64,000 nucleotides of DNA from a virus. Taxonomy: Duplodnaviria; Caudoviricetes. Below the pieces are notes generated by a model that had not been told where the DNA came from, made no database searches, and saw only the letters and a program-made list of their open reading frames with translations. This document shows positions 1 to 10,274 of this stretch, one piece after another. The DNA lies in IMG/VR virus record IMGVR_UViG_3300031993_000027, positions 32,001-96,000 of that record, one strand, 5' to 3'. Numbering within the stretch: the first letter of the stretch is position 1; each line of letters begins with the position of its first letter. The position numbers and the translations under genes are program-made.

Positions 1-1
1 G

Positions 2-1210
2 GATTGTCGTTCTGAAGTCTGCATCAGTTACGCTCTGCTCAAAAGCCTCGGTCTTAGTCACATATATCTTAACATCATTAGCATGGAACTCTGTACCGTT
101 TCCATCAAAGTCGTCAGGGTTCGGGTCTGTGGTCAAGTCCGTTACCATGCAATTAGCGACACCCTCAATCCTTCTAGTTGCTTTCTCAAAGTCACTAGCC
201 GTTATTAAGGTGTCATAAGTGTTGATATAGTTGACTACATTATCTCTTGCTTCTTCAGGCGTTTCCGCATTAAATCCATAAGTGCTGTTATCGTTTACGA
301 TATTGATATCTGAAGATACATCTACCTGATTTCCGTTAACGGTCTTGATAATTCTCGAAGTAGCCTTAACGATAGAGTTCTGCTCTACCTGTCCGTTGAT
401 ACCTGCGGATACAAGATAGAACAACTTGAACTTCGTTGCTCCAAAGTTCTGCCAATAGGATACGAGTTCAATATACGGTCTGTCATCACTGTCTGTCTTT
501 AACTCGAAGTATCTTCCTGTATAGGTAAGAGCATCTACGTTGTCAACCTGCTTCCATTCCTGACCCTCTCCAAGTCCTGAATCGTCAATAAGGATTATTG
601 AGGTTTCGTCTACGGTTATATCATCAAGGTAAATCTTGTTACCTGCAATGATATCTTCGCTTGCAACATTGTAATTAAAGACAGTATGCCAAGCCTTATT
701 AGGGTCAGCAGGTACAACTTCCGCACCAACATAACTAGGAGTTTTCGGAATGCCCTGTACTAATTCTACTTCGATTGCCGTGTTACCATTAGCAGGGATA
801 TTCGTTTGATTTCCGATATATGTGTATGTTGTATCTCCGTTCTGTGTTGCGAACGATGTGAACTTTGGAAGCGTAGCATCTGAAGTTCCAATATTGGTAA
901 GAGAAGCATTACATCTAGCAGATTGATACCAATGAAGTTTATAGCCTACGAGACCGAAGACCTGTACTGCGTTCTTCCTCTGTGACACCGTAGCAGGATA
1001 AACTTCCAAGACAGCCTTATCATGGTTATATGACAGCATATCTCCGTACATACTAATCAACTTGATAAGCAATACGCCCACGTCAGATTCGTCCGACGTG
1101 TTCCAAGTTTGAGACATATTCTGTACGCTGTCTACAAGGTCTGCATAGATAGAAGCAAAGTCCCTAGAATCAACTTTAATCTCGTTTATGTTGTTTGTGT
1201 CGATAGCCAT
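2..1210 (-). CDS. Baseplate wedge subunit (T4 gp6/baseplate J-like), truncated by the window edge
   Basis: Not in the ORF track. Hand translation from ATG 1210 gives MAIDTNNINEIKVDSRDFASIYADL...ESDVGVLLIKLISMYGDMLSYNHDKAVLEVYPATVSQRKN, a typical gp6 N-terminus. TAATG-coupled to the gp25-like gene. Confidence 0.85.
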   Translation of the reverse strand, partial: MAIDTNNINEIKVDSRDFASIYADLVDSVQNMSQTWNTSDESDVGVLLIKLISMYGDMLSYNHDKAVLEVYPATVSQRKNAVQVFGLVGYKLHWYQSARCNASLTNIGTSDATLPKFTSFATQNGDTTYTYIGNQTNIPANGNTAIEVELVQGIPKTPSYVGAEVVPADPNKAWHTVFNYNVASEDIIAGNKIYLDDITVDETSIILIDDSGLGEGQEWKQVDNVDALTYTGRYFELKTDSDDRPYIELVSYWQNFGATKFKLFYLVSAGINGQVEQNSIVKATSRIIKTVNGNQVDVSSDINIVNDNSTYGFNAETPEEARDNVVNYINTYDTLITASDFEKATRRIEGVANCMVTDLTTDPNPDDFDGNGTEFHANDVKIYVTKTEAFEQSVTDADFRTTI

Positions 1211-1587
1211 TAATTGCGCCCTCCTGCCATTGCAAGTGAGAAATTAGAATATATACCTTCAGCCTTAATGTAGTACCTCATATTGATAATTACTGCATCC
1301 TCTTCATAGGTAAAGGTAATATCGTCCGAGTTCATTTCAATTCTCTTCTCATATAAGTTTACCGCATTTAATATCTTAGAGCGAATCATTTCTTCAAGAA
1401 GTGCTCCCTCATAATCAAATACGTGCTCCACTATATCCGAACCGAATATCGGGTCTCCGAGAAGTTCAGGAGTAGTAGAGTTAAGAAGCAGATACAGACA
1501 ACGGTCAATAGACTGTTTGCCTGATTCAAGATTGACCTTGCCTGTTGTCACATTAAATATATTAGGAAATCCAATCGTCTGATTCAT
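1210..1587 (-). CDS. Baseplate wedge protein gp25-like
   Basis: LLNSTTPELLGDPIFGS...AVNLYEKRI motif, size and position. Confidence 0.85.
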   Translation of the reverse strand: MNQTIGFPNIFNVTTGKVNLESGKQSIDRCLYLLLNSTTPELLGDPIFGSDIVEHVFDYEGALLEEMIRSKILNAVNLYEKRIEMNSDDITFTYEEDAVIINMRYYIKAEGIYSNFSLAMAGGRN

Positions 1588-1596
1588 TTTTACACC

Positions 1597-3504
1597 TTAA
1601 CCTGTATACCTAAGAACATAGTCCCAACCTTTTGAATAGATACGGTACTCACAAACAAGAACCTCTCTGCCTGTTTGGTCTCCACCTTGACCGTAGATAC
1701 CGCCTGTCTCCGAGATACTTGCCTGTACCATCATTCCGTTTCCAATGTAGCAAGCCGTGTGATGCGCCTCGTTAAGAAGTACGTCGCCACGAACTAACTC
1801 CATATTAGCATTAAATGGAATAGCCGTAAATCCGCATTGTGTAAATACGGAACGCATATTTCCTGTATATGTCGCCCCTTTATCTCTAACCCCTGTTCCT
1901 GCGTTTTGGTATCCCATGATGACAAGGCTAGAACAATCCACATCGGGGTTGAGGTAACGGTTCTTCTGACTGTATCCGTGAGAATCGTCATTAGCGATAT
2001 CTATCATCCAATTTACAGCCGTGTCGATTACTCCATTGCCCGAAGCGTTAACGTTGTTGCTTACACCTTCGAGATATGGTAAAGGGTCAACAGCGACACC
2101 GTTCATATACATTTCAAAGCCAAGGAATACCGAGTTAGCATCACCGCTTCTTCCGACATATCCAATGACTTCTCCCTGCTCTATGTCTACTGTATCCGTA
2201 GGGGCATGATTACGATGATTATTAGGGAAGTTACGCAGGTGAGTATATCTAGTTGTATACTTGCCCTGTTTAATCTCTACGAACTTACCATAGCCGTTAG
2301 CACCTCTGTCTAAGAACTTAGCCGTTCCACTATGCGAGGCTCTTACTTCTGCACCCATGATACCTTCTTCAAATATCTTGATGCCTTTATTCTTTCCACG
2401 CTCAAATCCCTCGACAATCTCTTTACAGTCTGTCGGATATTCGACAGCAAATCCAAGAGAATTAGTTCCTTGTAAATCTGAAGAGGTTGCTGTGGTCAAA
2501 GCCTTGTTGATATCAAGAACTTTGACCTCGTTATAGACCCTAGTCCTTCTGTCTCTGTTTCCATAAGCCGAACTGCCAAGCCAATAGTCACCGTTAAGGG
2601 TCTCGTTATAAAGACCGTCCAAGTCTTTCTTTCTCGACGCTTTAGCGATATTCATTGCTCCTTTTGGAGATTGGTTATACATATCGCAGAAATATATCTG
2701 TGCTCTGAAGTCCGTTACGCCCACAGATTCGCCCTGTGCTACGTAGTTAGACAGATATTCGTTAGTATATTCATCCTGTACCGTATGACCGTTAGGAGTG
2801 TCGATAATAGCCTTTATCGCATTGTAGTTGCTGTCATCTTTGATTACATAGAAATCACTCCACGATTTCTCTAAGGAGAAGTTAGCACCGTAGTTACTGT
2901 ACAGCGCATTATATTGAGAAGGGTTAGCGTCCCTTATCCTTCTCATTAACTCCCTGCCGTTGTTAGCGTGCCACTGAAGAAGTCCGATAGAGATTGCATC
3001 TACATCTTTAGGATTAATTATGTTATAGTTCTTACCGCCTGATTCATTGGCAAATATAACATCAGCCATGACACTAAGATTGGATGTGCCATTTGAAATA
3101 GACAGATTATTGTTATCGCTTCCTGTGTAAGCACCTGACACCAACTCGTTGATTTCACCCTTGGCAAGAGAACCCATATAGATAGGGGAACGCAAATCTC
3201 CACCTTCGAACATGACCCAACCTACTGTTCCGACTGAAGGTAAAATGATAGGCATATCACCTGCAAAGAGTTCCTTCATAGAATCAATAGTGAACATATC
3301 CATATCCTTAAATATGGTCGTACACATAGTTGCCCAAGGGTATTCTCCGAGTTCATCAGAATATCCTGTTTTTTGTTCTACAAACTCACCGTGACAGGTA
3401 GGTATATAGACTTGTACCCTATTCAGTTGTTGAGGGTCATCTACTCTCGTTACTCTTGCTTTAAGTGGAGAATAATAACCCTTGTAAGCATTGTTCTCGT
3501 CCAT
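1597..3504 (-). CDS. Baseplate spike/tail lysin: gp5-like OB fold + lysozyme-like + M23-like + NlpC/P60 domains
   Basis: DDPQQLNRVQVYIP/PSVGTVGWVMFEGGD (gp5/VgrG OB fold); ESGG...SIGLLQW; GYGKFVEI..YTHL; DCSSL...HHTA. Confidence 0.85.
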   Translation of the reverse strand: MDENNAYKGYYSPLKARVTRVDDPQQLNRVQVYIPTCHGEFVEQKTGYSDELGEYPWATMCTTIFKDMDMFTIDSMKELFAGDMPIILPSVGTVGWVMFEGGDLRSPIYMGSLAKGEINELVSGAYTGSDNNNLSISNGTSNLSVMADVIFANESGGKNYNIINPKDVDAISIGLLQWHANNGRELMRRIRDANPSQYNALYSNYGANFSLEKSWSDFYVIKDDSNYNAIKAIIDTPNGHTVQDEYTNEYLSNYVAQGESVGVTDFRAQIYFCDMYNQSPKGAMNIAKASRKKDLDGLYNETLNGDYWLGSSAYGNRDRRTRVYNEVKVLDINKALTTATSSDLQGTNSLGFAVEYPTDCKEIVEGFERGKNKGIKIFEEGIMGAEVRASHSGTAKFLDRGANGYGKFVEIKQGKYTTRYTHLRNFPNNHRNHAPTDTVDIEQGEVIGYVGRSGDANSVFLGFEMYMNGVAVDPLPYLEGVSNNVNASGNGVIDTAVNWMIDIANDDSHGYSQKNRYLNPDVDCSSLVIMGYQNAGTGVRDKGATYTGNMRSVFTQCGFTAIPFNANMELVRGDVLLNEAHHTACYIGNGMMVQASISETGGIYGQGGDQTGREVLVCEYRIYSKGWDYVLRYTG

Positions 3505-3508
3505 ATCA

Positions 3509-5104
3509 TCACCTGTACATATTCTTCAGATAAGTAGGGTCGTATACATCGTCTTTTTCATACGGTGTAGGAGGTTCATTGCCTGTAATCTCACGATACA
3601 CCTTCTTTGCCATAGAAGTCTTCGTGTTAGGTTGCGATTTGGTTTGAGTTTCCGTCGCAGGAGGATTATACGTAGGTGTATAAGGAATATCCTTGCCACT
3701 ATAAGTAAATGAGGTCTCAATCCTAATCTTTGAAGATTCTGCTTCCTGCTTAACCCTCTCGGTAATGAGATTGACTGCACCAGTTATAGTTTTGACAATG
3801 GCTCTCTTAATCCTAAGATACCTACTGCTCGTATCATCAACGATAATCTTGAACAAGGAGAGGTTCGTGGTGAAGCCACCACTAGTTATGTTGCTCCTTC
3901 CTCCGATTACCATATACAGACCTGCTGTATGATGTTTCTGTCCATAAAACATAGGGTTAACAGATATGATTGCTCCGATAGGGATATCGGCAGGGATACC
4001 TTCAAGTTCGATAGAGGCATTGTAAGCCCAATCCATAGGCTTAGACCATTCCCTAGTCGTTACCCTGTTATCCTGTTCCATGTAGTCACCGACTTCAAGT
4101 TCTTCCATACCTTCAATGGATACATCCTTACCCGAAGAATCTATTCCGTATCTTGTCTCCATTATGTTTTCCGAAGTGGCAATATTGAGTTCACCCTTGA
4201 ACTCCGTCTCAAACGCCTTTACGAGATTGTTCGTGGAATTGTCCTTGTGGTTTCCACCCCAATCAAAAGTAAAGATGATTGCTTTTCTGTTCAACCTGCC
4301 GTTAGAGATAACTGAAGTCCTGTGAATATTAATATTCTTCTTGCCTTTGATATCACTCACGGAATACCAGTATTGAGCCGTAGGGTCTTCCTTATCGTCA
4401 ATGTTCATAAGAAGAGTATCAAGATACTCGTACACGGTTACGTCGGATACAGCGTCCATATCCATGTTGTTTGCATAGGAATCACAGTTGTCAATCAACT
4501 CGATATCATAATCCTGAAAATAAGATATGCCTTTATTTCCAAGAGCATCATCCTTGACGAGATTTTTTACTATAAAAGTATCTTCCATGTTGAAAAGGTT
4601 TCTGACAGCAAGCAACGGATTGCCATTGACTATTGGAGGGAAGTTATATCTCTTCTCTCTCAAAGTCATAGCCGTGGATACTCCGTTTATCGTGTAATAG
4701 ATGATGCTGTCTCTAAGGGAAATCGAATATCCGAGGATGATACATTCATATTCCTGTGATACGAGATTAAATCCGTCCACTCCACCGTAGCCGAATCTCA
4801 ATCTGCAAGGTTGCTTTGTCGCTGTTACTCCGTCAAGTGCTCTGTCAATAGCATTAGGGTCTTGATTAGGTTGTGGAACATACGCAATGCTGATAGTAAA
4901 TTTGTTAGCCGAACCAACACCTGTTCCTGCATACTCCATGTCCATCTGCATGAAGTAGTCAACATTGCGCTTGTTATATGTAGACATTTTTAAATCCCCT
5001 ACATAAAAGTCTATGAAGGGGGTACACTTGCTACCTGTCATTGCTTTGGTGACATTAGTGATAGCGTTTTTGAATTGTGTCATCCTATCTACATATTGTG
5101 CCAT
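3509..5104 (-). CDS. Baseplate hub protein (gp27/gpD-like)
   Basis: Lies between the gp53-like and gp5-like genes; RLRFGY and AGLYMV..GGFTTNLSL motifs. Confidence 0.6.
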   Translation of the reverse strand: MAQYVDRMTQFKNAITNVTKAMTGSKCTPFIDFYVGDLKMSTYNKRNVDYFMQMDMEYAGTGVGSANKFTISIAYVPQPNQDPNAIDRALDGVTATKQPCRLRFGYGGVDGFNLVSQEYECIILGYSISLRDSIIYYTINGVSTAMTLREKRYNFPPIVNGNPLLAVRNLFNMEDTFIVKNLVKDDALGNKGISYFQDYDIELIDNCDSYANNMDMDAVSDVTVYEYLDTLLMNIDDKEDPTAQYWYSVSDIKGKKNINIHRTSVISNGRLNRKAIIFTFDWGGNHKDNSTNNLVKAFETEFKGELNIATSENIMETRYGIDSSGKDVSIEGMEELEVGDYMEQDNRVTTREWSKPMDWAYNASIELEGIPADIPIGAIISVNPMFYGQKHHTAGLYMVIGGRSNITSGGFTTNLSLFKIIVDDTSSRYLRIKRAIVKTITGAVNLITERVKQEAESSKIRIETSFTYSGKDIPYTPTYNPPATETQTKSQPNTKTSMAKKVYREITGNEPPTPYEKDDVYDPTYLKNMYR

Positions 5105-5496
5105 TAACTCAATACACTTCCATCAGAATATAAAGATACTAAAGGTGGACACCTAAGAACTGTTCCACATGGAACATCAAAAGGGTCTATGATATCATTT
5201 GCCATTGCTATTATCCACCAGTAAGGAGCAAAGCCGTAAACGATATTGGCAATAACATCCAATCTGTTTTCCGTCTGTCTGTTGACCGTTATATACGTAT
5301 CATTCTCGGTAACAGGGATTTCCTTCTTATCAACAGTGGAATGATAGTAAACTCCGATATGAGAATCAAACAATCTGTCGGTTGTCTGATACCTAGACAG
5401 AGTAGGATAAATCCTCGGAGAATAATACTCCAAGGGTTCATATATTTTTCTAGTCTCGGCTATCGAACCGAGTTCTACTTTTACATAATCACTCAT
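5104..5496 (-). CDS. Baseplate wedge gp53/LysM-like (tail X) protein
   Basis: RLDVIANIVYG...WWIIAMANDIIDPF motif. Confidence 0.8.
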   Translation of the reverse strand: MSDYVKVELGSIAETRKIYEPLEYYSPRIYPTLSRYQTTDRLFDSHIGVYYHSTVDKKEIPVTENDTYITVNRQTENRLDVIANIVYGFAPYWWIIAMANDIIDPFDVPCGTVLRCPPLVSLYSDGSVLS

Positions 5497-5498
5497 TC

Positions 5499-6152
5499 TT
5501 AGCCTCCCTTAATTGGCGGTCTGTTATAAGGGTTAGTCGGAACAGAATTAAGGTCAGAAGCCGAGAAGACACTATCAGGCACGTCAACGAAATTAAGTGA
5601 CACATCACAGCACTGATAGTATCCGTCAATGATTGGTTTCTGCCAATTAAAAGATACGCTCTCTACATAACCTTTGCATCTGAATTGTCCGAACTGAAAT
5701 GTAGTTACAGGCGGTTGAAGACCCTTCTCAACATAAAAAGGAAATACTGACCTTCTTAATTCAACAAGAATCCTGTCAATATATTCTTCATCACCGTTGA
5801 CCATTTCACGGTGAAGTCTGAAATTAAGTCCAAACGTCCTGTATCCTGTTCCTGTAAAGGTGGATATTGGAGAACTTCTTCCCAACGGTTGAGACTGTGA
5901 CCAATTAGCCGACTGTGATTCACTGATTTGGTCAGGATAGCAAGGAAGAGTGAACACTATGTCTGTGCCCTTATTAAAGGCTAATTCTGCATATCTGTCT
6001 CCTATACGAGAATATCCGTTATGATGTACTATCATAAAACACTCGGAAGAAAGATTGCGTATTTCCGTGTTAACAGTAGGATTGATATATTCCTTCAGAT
6101 TGTCTGTCGCATTCAACTGAACAGGATAAACTAGAAATTCTCTTCTAGGCAT
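5499..6152 (-). CDS. Tail tube initiator/baseplate junction protein
   Basis: YPDQISESQSANW..LGRSSP and PPVTTFQFG..KGYVESVS motifs, typical of contractile-system tube initiators. Confidence 0.65.
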   Translation of the reverse strand: MPRREFLVYPVQLNATDNLKEYINPTVNTEIRNLSSECFMIVHHNGYSRIGDRYAELAFNKGTDIVFTLPCYPDQISESQSANWSQSQPLGRSSPISTFTGTGYRTFGLNFRLHREMVNGDEEYIDRILVELRRSVFPFYVEKGLQPPVTTFQFGQFRCKGYVESVSFNWQKPIIDGYYQCCDVSLNFVDVPDSVFSASDLNSVPTNPYNRPPIKGG

Positions 6153-6171
6153 ACTTTATCTCCTTCCTGAC

Positions 6172-7395
6172 TTAATAATATAATTGTACACCATTTTCGG
6201 TGTCTTTGAGTATCTGACCTTCAGTTTGAACATCAACATATCCCAAAGAATAAAACATCTTCGGTCTCCTGTCTAAGTAACGAGGGGTCTTGTATAACTC
6301 CTGATACTCCTTCACTATCTGTCTAAATTCTTCGGTGTACATTCCACTAGGCTCAATGCCCCTCTTAGGAAGGATATTAGCCAACAGTTTTTGAATGTAG
6401 TATATGTCCGATTCATCGGACAGTTCGCACAATGAAGACCCGAAGAGATAATCAAAGAACTTGGAATGAATAAGCCAATAAGAATCTATAAAACCATCAG
6501 TGTCTATGTCACTTCCCGACAGGTTGTTTTTCTTCAGGATAAGGAACGAGTTGTTGTATGTATACTCGTTATACTCATAGGACAAAAGGATATTGTTTGC
6601 TCTCGAACTCGTTTTGTATGTGACACAAGTTCCACGAACAACGCTCTTCTCTTCTATCTCGGAAACAGAGTTATTTACCTGACTAGGGAATGTTTGGCTA
6701 GTAGACCCTACATAGAACGTAACAGGAAGTTGGTCTCCGTTTCCGTCCTCGTTGTCAAACCTGTGGCAGATAAGGTATTCTGTATCAGGCTTGCAAGGAA
6801 CAATCATCGTACAATAGGAATTGTTAAGTGATATGACGTTCCCCTCTATCTTAGAATCAAACATGAAATCTTCAGTAGACAGGTTGACCAATGAACTTGC
6901 GTCCAACGGTATAAGGTTTTTCCTCTTGCTCTGTGTAAGAACAATCCTGTACTCGTCAGTCGAGTTAGTGTCAACATAACTGATAAACGTGGTCAAGTCC
7001 CAACCGTACTCCTTGGCAAATTCAAGAAGACTAGGTTGAGTATTTGCGTCCATGATATATCTCATTGCCTGTTCAACTATATCGTCAGGTTTATTGACTG
7101 ATTTTGAAGAGCAGGTAATCGTGTTAACTGTACGGACAACCGCAAAACAATACGTGATGGATTTATACTCCGTCACTCCGTTTATCTCTATCGGTATCTG
7201 ACTATATTGAGAGGCAAGAGCATCATACATTTCTTCGCTCGAAACAACCTTCGGGAGATTGATATACTCGATAAGGTTGTTATGAGTGTATGTATCATAA
7301 ATACCACTTACTCTCAAAGTGTTGTTGTATTCTTCCTGCAAGAATGCTTCCAAGTATCTTACAGTTAAATTCGAATCACCGTACTTGATATTCAT
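6172..7395 (-). CDS. Virion structural protein with possible peptidoglycan-binding-like helical repeats
   Basis: N- and C-terminal YLQ..L...SG.Y-type segments; sits in the tail module. Confidence 0.4.
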   Translation of the reverse strand: MNIKYGDSNLTVRYLEAFLQEEYNNTLRVSGIYDTYTHNNLIEYINLPKVVSSEEMYDALASQYSQIPIEINGVTEYKSITYCFAVVRTVNTITCSSKSVNKPDDIVEQAMRYIMDANTQPSLLEFAKEYGWDLTTFISYVDTNSTDEYRIVLTQSKRKNLIPLDASSLVNLSTEDFMFDSKIEGNVISLNNSYCTMIVPCKPDTEYLICHRFDNEDGNGDQLPVTFYVGSTSQTFPSQVNNSVSEIEEKSVVRGTCVTYKTSSRANNILLSYEYNEYTYNNSFLILKKNNLSGSDIDTDGFIDSYWLIHSKFFDYLFGSSLCELSDESDIYYIQKLLANILPKRGIEPSGMYTEEFRQIVKEYQELYKTPRYLDRRPKMFYSLGYVDVQTEGQILKDTENGVQLYY

Positions 7396-9929
7396 TAATG
7401 ACCGCCCTTCCCACTCATAACAGGTTTAAGACTTGTAGATATATTACCTGACATAAGACCTGAAGATGAATCAATATAGATTGAACCACCGTTTTCTGCT
7501 ATTGCTTTTACGATTGCTAATCCTACTTCTCTGATAACCGCCTCAACATCAGTTGTGTCAGGCTTGTTGTTCTTGTTAGCAAGGTTAACTCCACGCATTA
7601 CCGCACTACTTAATTGTGGGATAGGCGATATGATTTCTCCGTAAGGGTTATCGCCTACTACGGCAAGTTCAGGGGTTTTAACATAACCACCTGTTCCGTA
7701 TTTCTTGACCCAATTACCGTTTTCGTCTTGTACATATCCTGACTGTACAAGTTGTGCTACTGACATTCCTGTTGTTCCAACACCTGCATCGTAACCGCCC
7801 AAATCAACGTGTGCTATCTCTTTGGCTTTTTTCTTGTACTTATGCAGATTCCAAAGGTCTCCCATCATCGTTGAATCAAAATCGCCAAAGGCTAATTTTA
7901 CGGCATCTGATGAAAGAGCACCTATTGGGATATACTCGTACCATTCTTTGTCTTTTAATTGACCTATTGCGTAACTTCCTACTGCTTGGTCTATGTACTT
8001 TTGCTTTTCCTTTTCGGTCTCGGCTACCATTGCCTTGTTAAGCATTTCCTCCTGATATGCCTCGTCACCGCCTAATACACGAGCCTTGTCGAAAACATCC
8101 GCAAGAAGTTCTGCGATAAAGGCTACATCAGTAGCAATAAGTTGAAGTGCTCCGTTGATATCGTTTGCTACTGTGCTGTTAGAAGCAATGTTCTCCAACA
8201 TTTCTTCAGCAGTTGTAAACAGGTCATCGTTTGCAAATGCCTGTACCAAATCCTCGTATGCACTTTCAGGCGAATAGTCTTTTTTGAGTTCTTCTTCTAA
8301 GTTCTTCTTGAAGTCTGCATCTATCTTCTGATAGTTAGCCCAATCACTTAACCACGAAGCCCCCAAAGCGGAATTGACAGCACCTTGCGTAAGGGCATTG
8401 CTCGTTCCACTAGTGAACATTCCTGCAAGTCCTATCTGCTGTCCTATAAGTGCTTCCCACGAAGAAGGAACACCACCTGATTGAGCAAGGGCAATCCTCT
8501 GAAGAGTGTTACCACCTGTCAGTCCCTTATAAGGCGAGTAAAACGCTTCGATAGAATCGTTAACAAGGTTGATAGCATCAGCCGTGGACATTCCACTCTT
8601 TTCAAGAGCCGAAAGATATGCTCTTGCTTCATTGGTCATCAACTCTCTCTTCGTATAGAGTTCAACAGGAACGAGTTTGTCTATGATAGTAGACATAGAA
8701 CCCATCGTTACCCTCGAACTACCTGCTGTATCTCTTACTGCTTCTACGATACCGCCAAGAGACCTAGACATATTGAAAAGACCCTGCTGTTGCAGGTCAA
8801 GGAAATACTGATTGTTCGTATCAAGAGTGGGCGCAATCTTAGTCAACAAAACATTCTCTAAGGATGCCTGTTCCGATTGACTAGCAGAGAAACCTTTTTC
8901 AAGAAGTCCTGCCTGTGTCTTCCACCACTCTGTTGCCTTTACATTGTTTCTAAGGTTGTTGTTAGCGATAGAATTAATCCTATCTTCCATCATGTTATGG
9001 TACAACGCACCCTGTTCATTGGCATCGTCGGCACGTTCAAGATACAATCCAAACGTCTTGTACGTCTCTTGCTGTGTATGATAGATATCTGTTAGTCCGT
9101 CTCCAAGCCAACCGAGGAGGTAATTAACGGCAATCATTATCAGGGAGACAACAGAATCAGCCATGGATTCCTGCTTTTGGAAGACCTTGACAACATCGAG
9201 AATATCATCAACAAGGCGGTTCATGTACTTGCCCTGTACCAAGTTCCTCTGCGTCGTGTTAAGCACATCCATGACACTTGCATTGACTTCTTTCATAGAG
9301 GACACTTGTTTCTTTCTGTCTTTTTCCTCTTCTTTATCTCTTGAAGTAGGGGTCTTTGAATCCTTGATTCCTTTTTCAATAGAATCTTTGAGTTCCCTAG
9401 CGTACTTGCTGTTATCCTTATCGGTCTTTTCAAGATACCTGCCGATAGCATAAGTGTTGTTAGCACCTGTTTGAGCATTGGAAGATATAGTGGCAAGTTG
9501 ACTAGTCAGGTCTTTATACAGACTTTCATTTGCCAAGGAGGATGTATTGTTATCGACAGTTCCACTTACTGCGTCTCCTACACCAACATTACCGCCTATC
9601 TTTTTAAGATATTCGGTATGTCTCTTTTCAAGTCGGTCATACAGGTCATCATACTTCTCATAAATTAAACCCTTCTGCCCTTGACCGCCTGTAAGTTTAC
9701 TGTAATGACTTAATTCTGCTGTCTTGATATGACCAAGATAAGTTGTGTGCAGTGTTTCAAGTTTTCCATACAACTGCGTATAAAAACTAAGAGTAGTGTC
9801 TGACACACTCTTTAAGTTTCCCTTAGTCTGCTTATCAGGTCTTATATCATTAAATACAGAGTTAGCATTTGCTCCTGTATTGCCGATTTTAAACTTACCG
9901 TTGTATAAGTTGTTAAAATTATCAGGCAT
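7395..9929 (-). CDS. Tape measure protein
   Basis: Long helical Ala/Gly-rich ORF after the tail chaperone; C-terminal YGTGGYV..PELAVVGD..GEIISP motif. Confidence 0.7.
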   Translation of the reverse strand: MPDNFNNLYNGKFKIGNTGANANSVFNDIRPDKQTKGNLKSVSDTTLSFYTQLYGKLETLHTTYLGHIKTAELSHYSKLTGGQGQKGLIYEKYDDLYDRLEKRHTEYLKKIGGNVGVGDAVSGTVDNNTSSLANESLYKDLTSQLATISSNAQTGANNTYAIGRYLEKTDKDNSKYARELKDSIEKGIKDSKTPTSRDKEEEKDRKKQVSSMKEVNASVMDVLNTTQRNLVQGKYMNRLVDDILDVVKVFQKQESMADSVVSLIMIAVNYLLGWLGDGLTDIYHTQQETYKTFGLYLERADDANEQGALYHNMMEDRINSIANNNLRNNVKATEWWKTQAGLLEKGFSASQSEQASLENVLLTKIAPTLDTNNQYFLDLQQQGLFNMSRSLGGIVEAVRDTAGSSRVTMGSMSTIIDKLVPVELYTKRELMTNEARAYLSALEKSGMSTADAINLVNDSIEAFYSPYKGLTGGNTLQRIALAQSGGVPSSWEALIGQQIGLAGMFTSGTSNALTQGAVNSALGASWLSDWANYQKIDADFKKNLEEELKKDYSPESAYEDLVQAFANDDLFTTAEEMLENIASNSTVANDINGALQLIATDVAFIAELLADVFDKARVLGGDEAYQEEMLNKAMVAETEKEKQKYIDQAVGSYAIGQLKDKEWYEYIPIGALSSDAVKLAFGDFDSTMMGDLWNLHKYKKKAKEIAHVDLGGYDAGVGTTGMSVAQLVQSGYVQDENGNWVKKYGTGGYVKTPELAVVGDNPYGEIISPIPQLSSAVMRGVNLANKNNKPDTTDVEAVIREVGLAIVKAIAENGGSIYIDSSSGLMSGNISTSLKPVMSGKGGH

Positions 9930-10051
9930 ACTCTATTCTCCGTGTCATATCTCGTTATATTTACAGCCTAGCACTGTTCCTGTTGCGTTCCAAGAACAAA
10001 TTAAGGAAATTATACTCAAATTAGCCAAAAGGCTCTAAAGGGCAATTAAGG

Positions 10052-10207
10052 CTATCCTTTTCTTGCTTCTTTAAGAGCCTCCGCTTCTTCTTCTTTTATC
10101 TTCTTCAGTTCCTTGAAGATGAACGTCCTGTCGTAATATGACATTTTATCCGTGTCTCCAAAGGTTATACCGTTGCAAATCATACTTATCATAATTTGCT
10201 GTCTCAT
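10052..10207 (-). CDS. 51-aa ORF, probable frameshift-accessed C-terminal extension of the tail assembly chaperone (gp51-like)
   Basis: MRQQIMISMICNGITFGDTDKMSYYDRTFIFKELKKIKEEEAEALKEARKG. The frame is open back to the TTTTTTC site at 10268-10274, and there is no RBS at its ATG. Confidence 0.7.
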   Translation of the reverse strand: MRQQIMISMICNGITFGDTDKMSYYDRTFIFKELKKIKEEEAEALKEARKG

Positions 10208-10219
10208 TATGTCGTCACG

Positions 10220-10274
10220 CTGAAGATAAGTTGTTAACCCTCCATCTTCAGTTGGGGAGGGAAGGTCGAAAAAA
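10220..10274 (-). promoter_or_regulatory. Putative programmed frameshift site (UUU UUU CGA) plus H-type pseudoknot
   Basis: Stem 1 CCCUCC/GGAGGG and stem 2 CUGAAGAU/AUCUUCAG start 7 nt downstream of the U6 run. Confidence 0.6.
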
